A DNA stretch of 64,000 nt from Candidatus Buchananbacteria bacterium (GTDB lineage: Bacteria; Patescibacteriota; Patescibacteriia; 2-01-FULL-39-33): NCBI GenBank assembly GCA_041666945.1, contig JBAYFY010000002.1, positions 64,701 to 128,700 on the forward strand, given 5' to 3'. The translations under genes were made by a program, and so were the position numbers. This document shows positions 16,977-26,135 of this stretch, piece by piece (positions within the stretch are counted from its first letter, which is position 1; each line of letters begins with the position of its first letter). The notes under the pieces are model-generated. The model made no database searches. It was not told the DNA's origin and saw only the letters and a list, made by a program, of their open reading frames with translations.

Positions 16977-17026
16977 TTATTTGTGGATAAAAAGCTCTTG
17001 ACAAAATACTTATGATTTGATATAAT
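16977..17026 (+). promoter_or_regulatory. Consensus sigma70 promoter with an upstream DnaA-box-like TGTGGATAA
   Basis: TTGACA at 16998-17003, a 17-nt spacer, TGaTATAAT at 17018-17026, and TGTGGATAA at 16983-16991. An approximately 107-nt 5' UTR runs to the DGR target gene. Confidence 0.6.
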
Positions 17027-17140
17027 AATGTATTAGCAAAAGTCCTGTCGACTTATCTAATTCGTACCTGATAATGGTCGGTTTGGGGCTGGGGCGTGGT
17101 GTCCAGGCAATGAGCTGACCAAAAATAGGAGAGATAGAAC

Positions 17141-17857
17141 ATGGCAAGAAAGAGAACCAGAAAAGTGGAAGCGGTTATTTCGGCAATGGGCGCCTTGTTG
17201 GCGATTGTTGTTGATCTTGTTACCGCTATCCGTGAGCTCGGCGGTAATGTAGGCGAATGCCTGTACCGCCTATCCCAGCCCGAAGGTAAGGGAACTCTGC
17301 AGGCGATAGCTCGGCTGCTGGTAGAAACCAGTCAGCCGGTAACCGCGACCGCGACGATCGCGAAAGAAGCCGTCAGTCAGTATCTGACGACAGCCCATAA
17401 TGTAATTGTGGACTTCAGTCAGAACCTCGAGCAGATGATCGTGGCCGGTTGCTATAACTGGAAAAACGACAACATTACAGCCAACCATTTTCCCATCATG
17501 GGATCGGGCAAACAATCGGTTTTGATTGAGTTGTTGTGGTTCAATCAGTATTTTAAAGATGGCGACGAGGTGATTGCCAAGCTGGCCGAAGTAAATGCGT
17601 GGCTGACCGAGCAAAAAGCCGGCTACAAGTATCGCTGGGCAACCATAGCTGAACTCTTGGCCCTGGGTATTGCCTTCCCTGATCTCCAGCGTCAGTTCCC
17701 TATTGGTGCTTTGGGCTCGATTTGGCACCCGACCGGCCGCCGCCTTTTCGCCTGCCTCGGCAGGAGTGGCGCTGGGCGCTACCTGCGCCTGTGCTCTCTC
17801 GAGCTTGGTTTCGACGACTTTTGGCGCTTTGCCGTTGTCCGCGAGCAATCTTGTTGA
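17141..17857 (+). CDS. DGR target (variable) protein with a C-terminal variable region
   Basis: The last ~127 nt (17722..17848) align with the template repeat at 18126..18253, and mismatches fall almost only at template adenines. An AGGAGAG RBS is present. Confidence 0.8.
   Translation: MARKRTRKVEAVISAMGALLAIVVDLVTAIRELGGNVGECLYRLSQPEGKGTLQAIARLLVETSQPVTATATIAKEAVSQYLTTAHNVIVDFSQNLEQMIVAGCYNWKNDNITANHFPIMGSGKQSVLIELLWFNQYFKDGDEVIAKLAEVNAWLTEQKAGYKYRWATIAELLALGIAFPDLQRQFPIGALGSIWHPTGRRLFACLGRSGAGRYLRLCSLELGFDDFWRFAVVREQSC
17722..17848 (+). other. DGR variable region (VR) at the 3' end of the target gene
   Basis: About 127 bp aligns to the TR with about 24 substitutions at TR adenines and about 2 elsewhere. 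The conserved 3' end ggcgctttgccgttgtccgc is IMH-like. Confidence 0.8.
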
Positions 17858-17898
17858 ACCCTTGATCCCTTTTGTACCTTGACCCCCTTGAAATTTGT

Positions 17899-17940
17899 CC
17901 TCGCAATAACTTAGTTATTGCGAGGATGTTTTATTTTTAC
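17899..17940 (+). terminator. Perfect 12-bp stem-loop just downstream of the VR
   Basis: cctcgcaataac-tta-gttattgcgagg followed by atgttttattttt. It is positioned like the hairpin found 3' of VRs in known DGRs. Confidence 0.6.
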
Positions 17941-18125
17941 GAATTTTTTCTTATACTTATAACAAGGGTTAATATTTCCGCGGTTACGGCTTCGGGATAC
18001 CCGAATAAAAAACAAGATTGCTTGGCGTCTGATGCTGGCGGGCTTTAAAGCCCCGAGTAAAATACAGCTGGAAGATACTGTTTTTACAGTTCGATCGGCA
18101 GTGTCATTGACGGCAGCAGACGAAT

Positions 18126-18253
18126 TTTGGCACCACACCGGCAACCGCAATTTCGCCTACCTCAACAGGAATGACGCTAAGCGCAACCTGAACCTGAACT
18201 ATCTCGAGAATGATTTCAACGACAATTGGCGCTTTGCCGTTGTCCGCCAGCAG
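18126..18253 (+). other. DGR template repeat (TR)
   Basis: Non-coding. It is A-rich relative to the VR. Its 3' end gttgtccgccagcag differs from the VR IMH-like gttgtccgcgagcaa. Confidence 0.8.
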
Positions 18254-18254
18254 T

Positions 18255-18614
18255 TTACTTTTCCATCCTCGCCGTTGGCGGGGATGTTTTTTCCAACCTT
18301 GTTTTCCATGACCAACAGAGCCGGCCGATTTCCTCTGTTTTAAGCGCCAAATTTTTAAATTTACTGTCGTCCAGCAGTTTCATTTCCCAGCACAGGCGTA
18401 GATAAAATTTCAATAGATCATTTTTGCCAATAGCCGCCTGGGCCAAGCCGAGTTTTTTGTCTTTGGGCGAATAATTGGCAACAGCCAATAATTCCAGCAA
18501 TTCCAAAAACAACTGATCCAGCCGCGCGCCCAAAGTGAAGCGCGAAGATTTGGGAAAGTTTTTCAACCAGTCGTGCCAGAGCTTGTAAGCAGTCGTGGCT
18601 TTATGCAAGACCAT
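18255..18614 (-). CDS. avd: DGR accessory variability determinant (Avd, four-helix-bundle protein)
   Basis: The FPKSSRFTLGARLDQLFLELLELLAVAN ... EEIGRLCWSWK pattern matches the four-helix-bundle/bAvd family. It is encoded on the strand opposite the TR and RT and abuts the TR. The likely start is the internal Met MVLHK. Confidence 0.72.
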   Translation of the reverse strand: MVLHKATTAYKLWHDWLKNFPKSSRFTLGARLDQLFLELLELLAVANYSPKDKKLGLAQAAIGKNDLLKFYLRLCWEMKLLDDSKFKNLALKTEEIGRLCWSWKTRLEKTSPPTARMEK

Positions 18615-18650
18615 AAAATTTTCGTCGGGAGGGGGGTTAAATGAAATATT

Positions 18651-19631
18651 ATGCGAGTTGTCAGACAATTGAACCATAGTTTTGAAGAGATAATTTGTTT
18701 AGATAACTTACTGGCGGCCTGGCGTGAATTCGCGCGCGGCAAGAGAGGCAAAAAGGATGTCCAGGAGTTTGAGTGGTCTTTGATGGATAATATTATCGCG
18801 CTTCAGGATGATTTGGCAAGCGGCAATTACCGCCATGGCGACTATAAAGATTTTCATATCGACGATCCCAAACCGCGTCATATCCACAAGGCCGGCGTGC
18901 GCGACCGTTTGGTGCATCATGCGGTATACCGCATTCTGTACCCGTATTTTGATAAAAAATTTATCGCCGATTCGTATTCTTGCCGATTAGACAAAGGAAC
19001 GTGTAAGGCCTTAAACCGATTCCGGCAATTCGCTTATCAAGTCGGTCGCAATAATACTCGCGCTTGCTGGATATTGAAAGGCGATATCAGGAAATTTTTT
19101 GCCAGCATTGATCAGAGGATTTTGAAAATTATTTTAGCCGAGTATATTGGCGATAAAAAAATTTTGGATTTGTTAGATAAAATAATTAATAGTTTCGGCA
19201 TTACTAGCAGAGGTTTACCGCTTGGCAATCTTACTTCGCAATTATTGGTTAATATTTATATGAATAAGTTCGATCAATTCGTTAAGAATCAATTAAAAGC
19301 CAAATATTATATCCGCTATGCCGATGATTTTATAATATTTTCAGAAAATAAAAATTATTTGGACGCTTTAATCCCGCAGTTGGATTATTATTTGACGGAC
19401 AAATTAAAATTGAAACTCCATCCGAATAAAATTTTTATAAAAACCCTGGGTTCCGGAGTGGATTTTTTGGGTTGGGTCAATTTTCCACATCATCGAGTTT
19501 TAAGAACTGTGACTAAAAGAAGGATGTTAAAAAGAATAGGAATTAATCCAAGCCGGGAGACGCTGGCATCTTATCTGGGGTTGTTAAGTCATGGTAATAC
19601 CTATAAATTGCTGGTAAAATTGCCAATATAG
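18651..19631 (+). CDS. DGR reverse transcriptase
   Basis: FEEIICLDNLLAAWREFARGKRGKKDV, HIDDPKPRHIHKAGVRDRLVHHAV and the YIRYADDFIIF (YxDD) box. The domain organisation is typical of DGR RTs. Confidence 0.9.
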   Translation: MRVVRQLNHSFEEIICLDNLLAAWREFARGKRGKKDVQEFEWSLMDNIIALQDDLASGNYRHGDYKDFHIDDPKPRHIHKAGVRDRLVHHAVYRILYPYFDKKFIADSYSCRLDKGTCKALNRFRQFAYQVGRNNTRACWILKGDIRKFFASIDQRILKIILAEYIGDKKILDLLDKIINSFGITSRGLPLGNLTSQLLVNIYMNKFDQFVKNQLKAKYYIRYADDFIIFSENKNYLDALIPQLDYYLTDKLKLKLHPNKIFIKTLGSGVDFLGWVNFPHHRVLRTVTKRRMLKRIGINPSRETLASYLGLLSHGNTYKLLVKLPI

Positions 19632-19714
19632 GTGATTTTTGTTAAGATAAATAAGAAATAAATAACGAAGATCCTGGATATTTTCTTGCCAGAAAATTCC
19701 GGGATGACAAAATT

Positions 19715-20803
19715 ATGTCTATAACCATAGTTTTACTCGCTTTAATAATTATTCTAATCGCCGCGGTAATCGGTTTGTTTGTTTTTTTCAACAGCAAGTT
19801 GTCGCAATTGGCCGCGCCCAATGATGATAAGACGGCGCTACTGCTTTTTGAACGCATTAAGGAATTGAATCAGACCATGGACAGCAGCATTCGCGGGCTG
19901 AATCAGACCATGGACAGCAAACTGACGGAATCATCGCGCCAAATGCAGACGCAATTCGGCCAGAGCATTAATATTATCAAGGGCGTAACGGAAAAAGTCA
20001 CCCAGTTGCAGGAAACCAACAAACAGGTCATGGGTTTTTCTTAACAGTTGAAGAATCTGGAAAAGGTTTTGACCAGCCAGAAACAGCGCGGCAATTTGGG
20101 CGAAGCCGGTTTGCATTTGGTGTTGGATAATATCCTGCCGCCGACCGCTTTTAAGATCCAATACCAGTTTGACGACGGCGACATCGTGGACGCCGCGATT
20201 TTTACCAAAGACGGCATTATTCCCGTGGACGCCAAATTTTCCCTGGATAACTATAATCGTGTCGTGAACGAGGACAACGAAGAAAAGCGCGCGGTTTATG
20301 AAAAAGAATTCAAGAATGATTTAAAAAAACGCATTGATGAAACATCTAAATACATCAAGCCCGACAAAGGGACGATGGATTTTGCTTTTATGTTTATTCC
20401 GGCCGAAGCGATTTATTATGATTTACTGGTCAACGAAGTCGGCGCGATTAAGATCAATACCCGCTCGCTGATTGATTACGCCTTTAAGGAGAAAAAAGTC
20501 ATCATTGTGTCGCCGACGACTTTTGCCGCTTATCTGCAGACGGTGTTGCAGGGCTTGCGCGCTTTAAAAATAGAGGAGCAAACCAAGGATATTATCAAGC
20601 GGGTGGAGATGTTGCAGAAGCATATTGTGGCCTATGACGATTATTTCAAGAAAATCGGCAGCAGTTTGGCCACCACGGTTAATGCCTACAATACCGCCGA
20701 CAAAGAGCTGAAAAAAATAGACAAAGACGTGGTCAAGATTACCGGCGCCGAAAGCGGCATAGATTTGTTGCAGATAGAAGGGCCGAAAAAGATTGATGAA
20801 TAA
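19715..20803 (+). pseudogene. rmuC: DNA recombination protein RmuC interrupted by a single in-frame TAA (20042..20044)
   Basis: ORFs 19715..20044 and 20048..20803 share one frame. The N-part has a transmembrane helix and a coiled coil. The C-part has QKQRGNLGEAGL and the RmuC core. The N-part also contains a 33-bp in-frame tandem duplication (LNQTMDS). Confidence 0.7.
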
Positions 20804-20821
20804 TCATTAATAATAAAATTT

Positions 20822-21127
20822 ATGGGAAGCATTGAATCCAATGAACCCAAAAAACCATTTGAAATTTCCAGCAGTAAGGGTATAACGCTTAGAGATGGGG
20901 AGAGAAAGTTTTTGATTATACCGAATAAATTAGTTGATAATTTGGTTGTGGGCAGAAAACGCGGCAGAGATGCGATTAACTCGTTGCATGAACAAGTATA
21001 TGATGGTTCTCGCTATATGTGGGGGAATCAAGATGGTACGCATTTCATGATTGAACTCGGTTCTTCGTATCCCATAGAAAAAGCCCAGGAGTTAGTTGAT
21101 AAGATAGAAGCCGCTAATAATCAATAG
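20822..21127 (+). CDS. Hypothetical protein (101 aa)
   Basis: Six-frame ORF with protein-like composition. Confidence 0.5.
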   Translation: MGSIESNEPKKPFEISSSKGITLRDGERKFLIIPNKLVDNLVVGRKRGRDAINSLHEQVYDGSRYMWGNQDGTHFMIELGSSYPIEKAQELVDKIEAANNQ

Positions 21128-21132
21128 CTTAT

Positions 21133-21870
21133 ATGCCAAAAATCGCCATTATCGGCGGGTCGGGATTGGATGATCCGCAAATACTGCAGAATGCTACGGA
21201 AAAAAATATAGAGAATAAATACGGCCGACTGGCCTCGCCTTTAACTATTGGGCAAATTGCCGGCGTTGATGTGATGATTTTGGCGCGCCACGGCAAGACG
21301 CATAATGTTATGCCCACCAAGATTAATTTCATGGCCAATATTCAGGCGCTGAAGGATGAGGGTTGTACGCATATTCTGGCTACGACTGCCGTGGGGTCGC
21401 TAAGAGAAGAAATCAAACCGGGCAATCTGGTTTTTCCCGATCAATTCATTGATTTCACCCGTCACCGCAACTTGACTTACTTTACTGATCAAGTGGAACA
21501 CAAGCCCATGGCCGATCCTTATGATCCGTTGTTACGTAGCTTGCTACGTAACACTTGCGATGAGTTGGGATTTGAATATAATTGCGACAAAACGGTGATT
21601 ACGATTGAGGGCCCCAGATTCTCCACCCGCGCCGAAAGCCACATGTTCCGCCAATGGGGGGCGGATATCATTAATATGTCCACTTGTCCGGAAGTGATTC
21701 TGGCCAACGAACTGAGCTTGCCTTACCAGACCATCGCCATGTCCACGGATTATGATTGCTGGAAGACGGACGAGGCGCCGGTAACTTTTGAAATGGTGAT
21801 GAAACGCATGGCCGAGAACGCGGAAAAGGTTAAGCAGTTATTGATTAAAGTTATTCCGAAAATACAGTAA
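21133..21870 (+). CDS. mtnP: S-methyl-5'-thioadenosine phosphorylase / purine nucleoside phosphorylase (PNP/MTAP family)
   Basis: IAIIGGSGL, ARHG, and the characteristic PNP-UDP fold motifs. Confidence 0.85.
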   Translation: MPKIAIIGGSGLDDPQILQNATEKNIENKYGRLASPLTIGQIAGVDVMILARHGKTHNVMPTKINFMANIQALKDEGCTHILATTAVGSLREEIKPGNLVFPDQFIDFTRHRNLTYFTDQVEHKPMADPYDPLLRSLLRNTCDELGFEYNCDKTVITIEGPRFSTRAESHMFRQWGADIINMSTCPEVILANELSLPYQTIAMSTDYDCWKTDEAPVTFEMVMKRMAENAEKVKQLLIKVIPKIQ

Positions 21871-21913
21871 TTTTCTAATACAAATTAAATTCGTAATTCG
21901 TAATTGAATCCAT

Positions 21914-22441
21914 ATGCCTATCAAATCACGCATTCGCACCGTCCCGGACTGGCCCAAGAAGGGCGTAATGTTCCGTGATATCACCACTTTGATCAAAGAC
22001 CCGGTCGGGTTGAAATTGTGCTTGGATGATTTTGTGGAGAGATACAAAGACAAGGAGATTGACGTTATTGTCGGCATTGACAGCCGAGGTTTTATTTTGG
22101 GCGGCGCCTTGGCTTATTTATTGGGCAAGGGGTTTGTGCCGGTGCGCAAAAAAGGCAAATTGCCGGCGGAAACGGAAAGCGAGTCGTATGATTTGGAGTA
22201 CGGCACGGACACGATAGAAATCCATAAAGATGCCATCACCTCCGGGCAAAAAGTGGTGATCATTGATGATTTAATAGCCACCGGCGGCACGGCTCTGGCC
22301 GCTTCCAAATTAGTAAAAAAATTGGGCGGAGAAATAAACGAATTGGCGTTTATCGTGGATTTGCCGGATTTGGGCGGCGGCAAAAAACTGACTGACGCCG
22401 GGCTTAAATATTACGCCCAAACCGTGTTTGCCGGTGAATAG
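21914..22441 (+). CDS. apt: Adenine phosphoribosyltransferase
   Basis: [13 protein letters not shown], and [13 protein letters not shown] in the PRPP-binding loop. Confidence 0.9.
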   Translation: MPIKSRIRTVPDWPKKGVMFRDITTLIKDPVGLKLCLDDFVERYKDKEIDVIVGIDSRGFILGGALAYLLGKGFVPVRKKGKLPAETESESYDLEYGTDTIEIHKDAITSGQKVVIIDDLIATGGTALAASKLVKKLGGEINELAFIVDLPDLGGGKKLTDAGLKYYAQTVFAGE

Positions 22442-22503
22442 TGCAAATCGTTTATATATTTTGGGACAACGACTTGACCGCTAAAGCGGCTAAGTTTATT
22501 AAG

Positions 22504-22532
22504 TTGACAATTTTATCCGTTTGCCGTATTAT
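22504..22532 (+). promoter_or_regulatory. Sigma70-like promoter
   Basis: TTGACA, a 17-nt spacer, then TATTAT, upstream of the 22625 gene. Confidence 0.5.
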
Positions 22533-22624
22533 ATGATAAATCTTAGTTCTTTAATAATGTTGTCAAATAATATCAATCAAATCAGCGCAGCAAAGCCCAA
22601 CACAACAATAGAGGAGGATTTTCC

Positions 22625-23158
22625 ATGGAAGCAGACAATGAGGATAATAGTAAAAGATTAAGCGATGCCTTGATGGACTTAGCCAGCGGTTTATCCCAAG
22701 AAGAACAGGCAACAGAAATGATTAAGGCAATTAGTAGCCGGATTGAGTCCCTCTCAAAAACGAAAAACAGCGATGCCTGTGATCTTGTTAATATTTTAAC
22801 CGTTGCGGTATTGCGTATCACTGAGAAAAACCCCGAACTATTTTTAATGGCCGTAGCCGAAAATTTTACCGAGGCAGAAGTGTTAGCGCTGGTCTTCCCG
22901 GACCGCGCCGCGGAAATAGCCGCACTCGCTATGCATCGAGCGGGTTTGGTCGCCTTGCTTGTGCCGGAAAAAATTGCTGAAATTTGTAAGATTTTAGCGC
23001 CCACGGAAGAGAGGGTAAGCCGCATTATCGGTACGATTCTTAATAATCCCAAAGTAATCGGCTGGCATAGATTGGCTGATACGGAAGAATTCAAAAAATA
23101 TTTTCCCGATGCTGCCAAGCGTTTTGGCAGATCCGCCAAAATTACGAAGAAGGATTAA
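22625..23158 (+). CDS. Hypothetical protein (177 aa)
   Basis: An AGGAGGA Shine-Dalgarno sits 8-9 nt upstream. The antisense ORF 22582..23139 is judged a shadow. Confidence 0.6.
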   Translation: MEADNEDNSKRLSDALMDLASGLSQEEQATEMIKAISSRIESLSKTKNSDACDLVNILTVAVLRITEKNPELFLMAVAENFTEAEVLALVFPDRAAEIAALAMHRAGLVALLVPEKIAEICKILAPTEERVSRIIGTILNNPKVIGWHRLADTEEFKKYFPDAAKRFGRSAKITKKD

Positions 23159-23162
23159 TGTT

Positions 23163-23354
23163 ATGGCGCTTTGCATAAATTGCAGCGGTACCATTTTAAA
23201 ACCCGGATCGCCGGCCGGCAGTTGCGCCGTAACGGGCTGTAATAATTTGGCTACGCACAAGGACTACGAGTATTGCCCGCACTGCGCTGAGGAATTGGGC
23301 CGTTGCGAATGTTGCGGGAAAAGGCAAGAGAAACAGCATCAAATAGAAATTTAG
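23163..23354 (+). CDS. Small Cys-rich zinc-ribbon-like protein (64 aa)
   Basis: CINC ... CAVTGC ... CPHC ... CECCGK. It lies immediately upstream of the hydrogenase genes. The start is the internal Met MALCINC. Confidence 0.5.
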   Translation: MALCINCSGTILKPGSPAGSCAVTGCNNLATHKDYEYCPHCAEELGRCECCGKRQEKQHQIEI

Positions 23355-23423
23355 AACGCTATTAGCGGACACAAGTTGTCCGCTTTTGTTTTTGCTTTGG
23401 TTTGTGTTATAATATTATTAATT

Positions 23424-24404
23424 ATGCCAAAGGAAGGTGACAAATTACACCAATTGATTGCCGCGGTTTTTCGCGATTATTTCGTTTATGCTCCGGTCAA
23501 GCGCGCCGGCCGGCTTTTGACGCAAGAAGCCAAAACGCCTGACGAGGTTGATTGGTCGGGCAAGCTGGCCGAGAATTCTTGGAAAGAGCCGTTTTTGCCT
23601 CATCGGGAAAAACTGTTTGAAAGCCGGCGGGGCTTGCTGGAAACTAAAGGCGAACAGCCGCCGGTGGCCTGCCTGGGCATGAATATCCTGGATTTGAAAG
23701 CGCTGACGCTGTTTGATTTGGTTTTTGGCAATGACGTTTATTATCAAAATCGCCGCCAGAAAATTCTTGTCATCGGTTATGGCGCGGATTGGCCCAATAG
23801 TTACAAAAAAAGCAAGGTTTTTTCCCACAATTTCAAGGAGGACGCGCTGGAACACGTGTCTTTTGATATTTTTATCGCCGGCCGCAAAAGCGGCGAGCCG
23901 GTTTTTTATTCCGGTTCCGCCGCCGGCCGCAAGCTGTTGGAGAGTTGCCGCATCAAGAATTTTGAAAATATCAAGTTTGCCGGCGCCGTGGCCGAAAGCG
24001 GACCGGATAAGCGCATGTTGGAAATCAAAGGCAAGTTAGAGCGCTCTGCCGATCATTATTTATGGAATAATCTGGATCAAATTTGTTTGGCTTGCGGCAA
24101 ATGCACCATTGCCTGCCCGACTTGCTTTTGTTTTGATCTGGAAGACAAGGTCAATCCCGATGACCCGCGACGCGATCGCAAATGGGGGAGTTGCTTTTAT
24201 AACGATTTTTCCCTGGTAGCCGGCGGACACAAGGAACTGGACACGGTCAAAAAGAAAATATTTTTTTGGTATTACCATAAATTCGCGCGCATTCCCAAGG
24301 AGTACTCTTATGTCGGTTGTGTTTCTTGCGGCCGCTGTACCCGCACTTGCCCGGTTAATATTGATATTGCCAAAAATATCGCCAAAATTTTGAAAATGAA
24401 ATAA
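23424..24404 (+). CDS. [NiFe] hydrogenase / sulfhydrogenase beta subunit-like 4Fe-4S protein (HydB/AsrA-like)
   Basis: Cys clusters CLACGKCTIACPTCFCF and CVSCGRCTRTCP. The start is moved to 23424 because gtgTTATAAT sits within the first codons of the listed ORF. Confidence 0.72.
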   Translation: MPKEGDKLHQLIAAVFRDYFVYAPVKRAGRLLTQEAKTPDEVDWSGKLAENSWKEPFLPHREKLFESRRGLLETKGEQPPVACLGMNILDLKALTLFDLVFGNDVYYQNRRQKILVIGYGADWPNSYKKSKVFSHNFKEDALEHVSFDIFIAGRKSGEPVFYSGSAAGRKLLESCRIKNFENIKFAGAVAESGPDKRMLEIKGKLERSADHYLWNNLDQICLACGKCTIACPTCFCFDLEDKVNPDDPRRDRKWGSCFYNDFSLVAGGHKELDTVKKKIFFWYYHKFARIPKEYSYVGCVSCGRCTRTCPVNIDIAKNIAKILKMK

Positions 24405-25225
24405 TGAACAATATTTATCAGCCGCAAAAAGCCAGAGTAATTTCCGCCAGCCGCGAATCAATTGACACGGTTCTTTTAAGATTCCAGTTCGCTGACAAGA
24501 CGCTGCAGAAAAAATTCGCGTATCTTTCCGGACAATTCATGCAAATCGGTTTTCCCGGTTGGGGCGAGTGTCCCATTAGCATTTGTTCCTCGCCCAGCGA
24601 CAGCCAAAAGTATTTTGAACTGGCCATCCGCGATGTGGGGCAATTGACGCATAAGATTAATGAATTAAAAAGCGGAGACGAGGCCTGGGTCAGAGGACCG
24701 TTTGGCAACGGCTTTGATACCGATCTTTACGCCGGCAAAGAATTGATTCTAATCGGCGGCGGTTGCGGTTTTGTGCCGCTTAGGCCGATAATTATGGACG
24801 CCTTGGCGGGACGGATTAAAACCAAATCGCTGAAAATATTTTACGGCTGTTTTAATGAAGACACGTTATTATTCAAGAAGCAATACCCGGAATGGAATCG
24901 CGGCGCGGAATTGGGGATTATTTTAGAAAAACCCACCGCTAATTGGCGCGGAGAAAAAGGGCTGATTACCGCCTTAATCCAGAAACGCCGGATTTCTCCG
25001 GCCGCTACAGTCGTAATGGTGGGACCGCCCGTAATGTATCGTTTTGCCATTAAGGAGTTGGAGGCCAAAAAAATCAAGCCGCAGAATATCTGGCTGTCGT
25101 TGGAACGGCGGATGTATTGCGGCGTCGGCATTTGCCAGCACTGCGCTATCGGGCCGTACTATGTCTGCAAAGACGGGCCGGTGTTCAATTATGCCCAGCT
25201 TAAAAATATTTCCCACGCCATATGA
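24404..25225 (+). CDS. Sulfhydrogenase gamma subunit-like FAD/NAD(P)-binding oxidoreductase (HydG/AsrB-like)
   Basis: A ferredoxin-NADP reductase-like fold (RFQF, GPFGNGFD, LILIGGGCGFVP) and a C-terminal 2Fe-2S motif CGVGICQHC. Confidence 0.8.
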   Translation: MNNIYQPQKARVISASRESIDTVLLRFQFADKTLQKKFAYLSGQFMQIGFPGWGECPISICSSPSDSQKYFELAIRDVGQLTHKINELKSGDEAWVRGPFGNGFDTDLYAGKELILIGGGCGFVPLRPIIMDALAGRIKTKSLKIFYGCFNEDTLLFKKQYPEWNRGAELGIILEKPTANWRGEKGLITALIQKRRISPAATVVMVGPPVMYRFAIKELEAKKIKPQNIWLSLERRMYCGVGICQHCAIGPYYVCKDGPVFNYAQLKNISHAI

Positions 25226-25734
25226 CCGTTAATACCCTGGTTTATTTTTTACTTTTTTTGGTGCTGTTGACCGCGGCTTACGGCGCGTATTCGGCTGCGC
25301 CTTGGCTGCCGACCAGGCGTCGAGACGTCAAGCGCATGATGGATTTGGCCGAACTCAAGCCCGGCGACAAGGTGTACGATTTGGGTTGCGGCGACGGCCG
25401 GCTGGTATTTGCCGCGGCCAAGCGCGGCGCCACGGCCACGGGAGTGGAAGTATTTTTCCTGCCCTGGCTGTATGCCAGAGTCAAAAGCTTTTTCATTCCG
25501 CGGTCCAAGATTTTATTCGGCGATTTATTTTTCCAGAATATCGCCGATGCCGACGCGGTTTTTATTTTTTTGCTGGACAAAAGTTACAAACGGCTGAAGG
25601 AAAAATTCAGCCGGGAGCTAAAGCCGGGGACTCGCGTAATCGTCGCCTGCTGGCCGATTGCCGAATGGCAGGATAAACTTGTAAATTCCAGCCAGCCGGC
25701 GGACAATCTGCCGCTATTCGTGTATAAAATATAA
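25222..25734 (+). CDS. Class I SAM-dependent methyltransferase
   Basis: Motif I VYDLGCGDGRLVF, and an N-terminal transmembrane helix. Confidence 0.7.
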   Translation: MTVNTLVYFLLFLVLLTAAYGAYSAAPWLPTRRRDVKRMMDLAELKPGDKVYDLGCGDGRLVFAAAKRGATATGVEVFFLPWLYARVKSFFIPRSKILFGDLFFQNIADADAVFIFLLDKSYKRLKEKFSRELKPGTRVIVACWPIAEWQDKLVNSSQPADNLPLFVYKI

Positions 25735-25757
25735 ATTTAATTATTAATACCAAAAGT

Positions 25758-25913
25758 ATGCAAACCATCAGTTGGGCGGCGATTGCGCTGATTATCATCG
25801 GAGCAATCTTCCTGCTCAAGAATCTCGGCTTGTTGGCCGGCATCAATTGGGACGTAATCTGGCCGATTGTGATTATTATCGTCGGCGTCATCTGGTTGTT
25901 TAAAAAGAAGATG
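25758..25913 (+). CDS. Small 2-TM membrane protein (51 aa), not in the supplied ORF track
   Basis: ATG..TAA ORF encoding MQTISWAAIALIIIGAIFLLKNLGLLAGINWDVIWPIVIIIVGVIWLFKKKM. Confidence 0.4.
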
Positions 25914-25919
25914 TAAATT

Positions 25920-26135
25920 ATGTGCCTGACCGTGCCGGCGCGAGTTATTTCCGCCGCTGACAATTATTTGGAGGTGGAAATCGCCGGCACCAGGCGCCAG
26001 GTTAAGCGCGCCTTTTCCGAAGCGCCCCAATCGGGCGAATGGGTGCTTGTTAACGCTGATTTGGCAGTAGTTAAGATAACGGAAAAAGAAGCCGAAGAAA
26101 TCTCCGGTTATCTGTCGCAAAGAAAAAAGATATGA
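25920..26135 (+). CDS. hypC: Hydrogenase maturation factor HypC/HupF
   Basis: The N-terminal MCL(T)VP signature and its ~70 aa size. Confidence 0.8.
   Translation: MCLTVPARVISAADNYLEVEIAGTRRQVKRAFSEAPQSGEWVLVNADLAVVKITEKEAEEISGYLSQRKKI

Noticed and set aside
18032-18343. 103-aa + strand ORF over the DGR template repeat, and the 79-aa minus-strand ORF 17911..18150
   Set aside because: They overlap the non-coding TR and the IMH hairpin. Their similarity to the target C-terminus is explained by the TR being a copy of the VR.
22582-23139. 185-aa minus-strand ORF
   Set aside because: It is the antisense shadow of the + strand gene 22625..23158. That gene has a strong AGGAGGA Shine-Dalgarno and a promoter; the minus ORF has neither.
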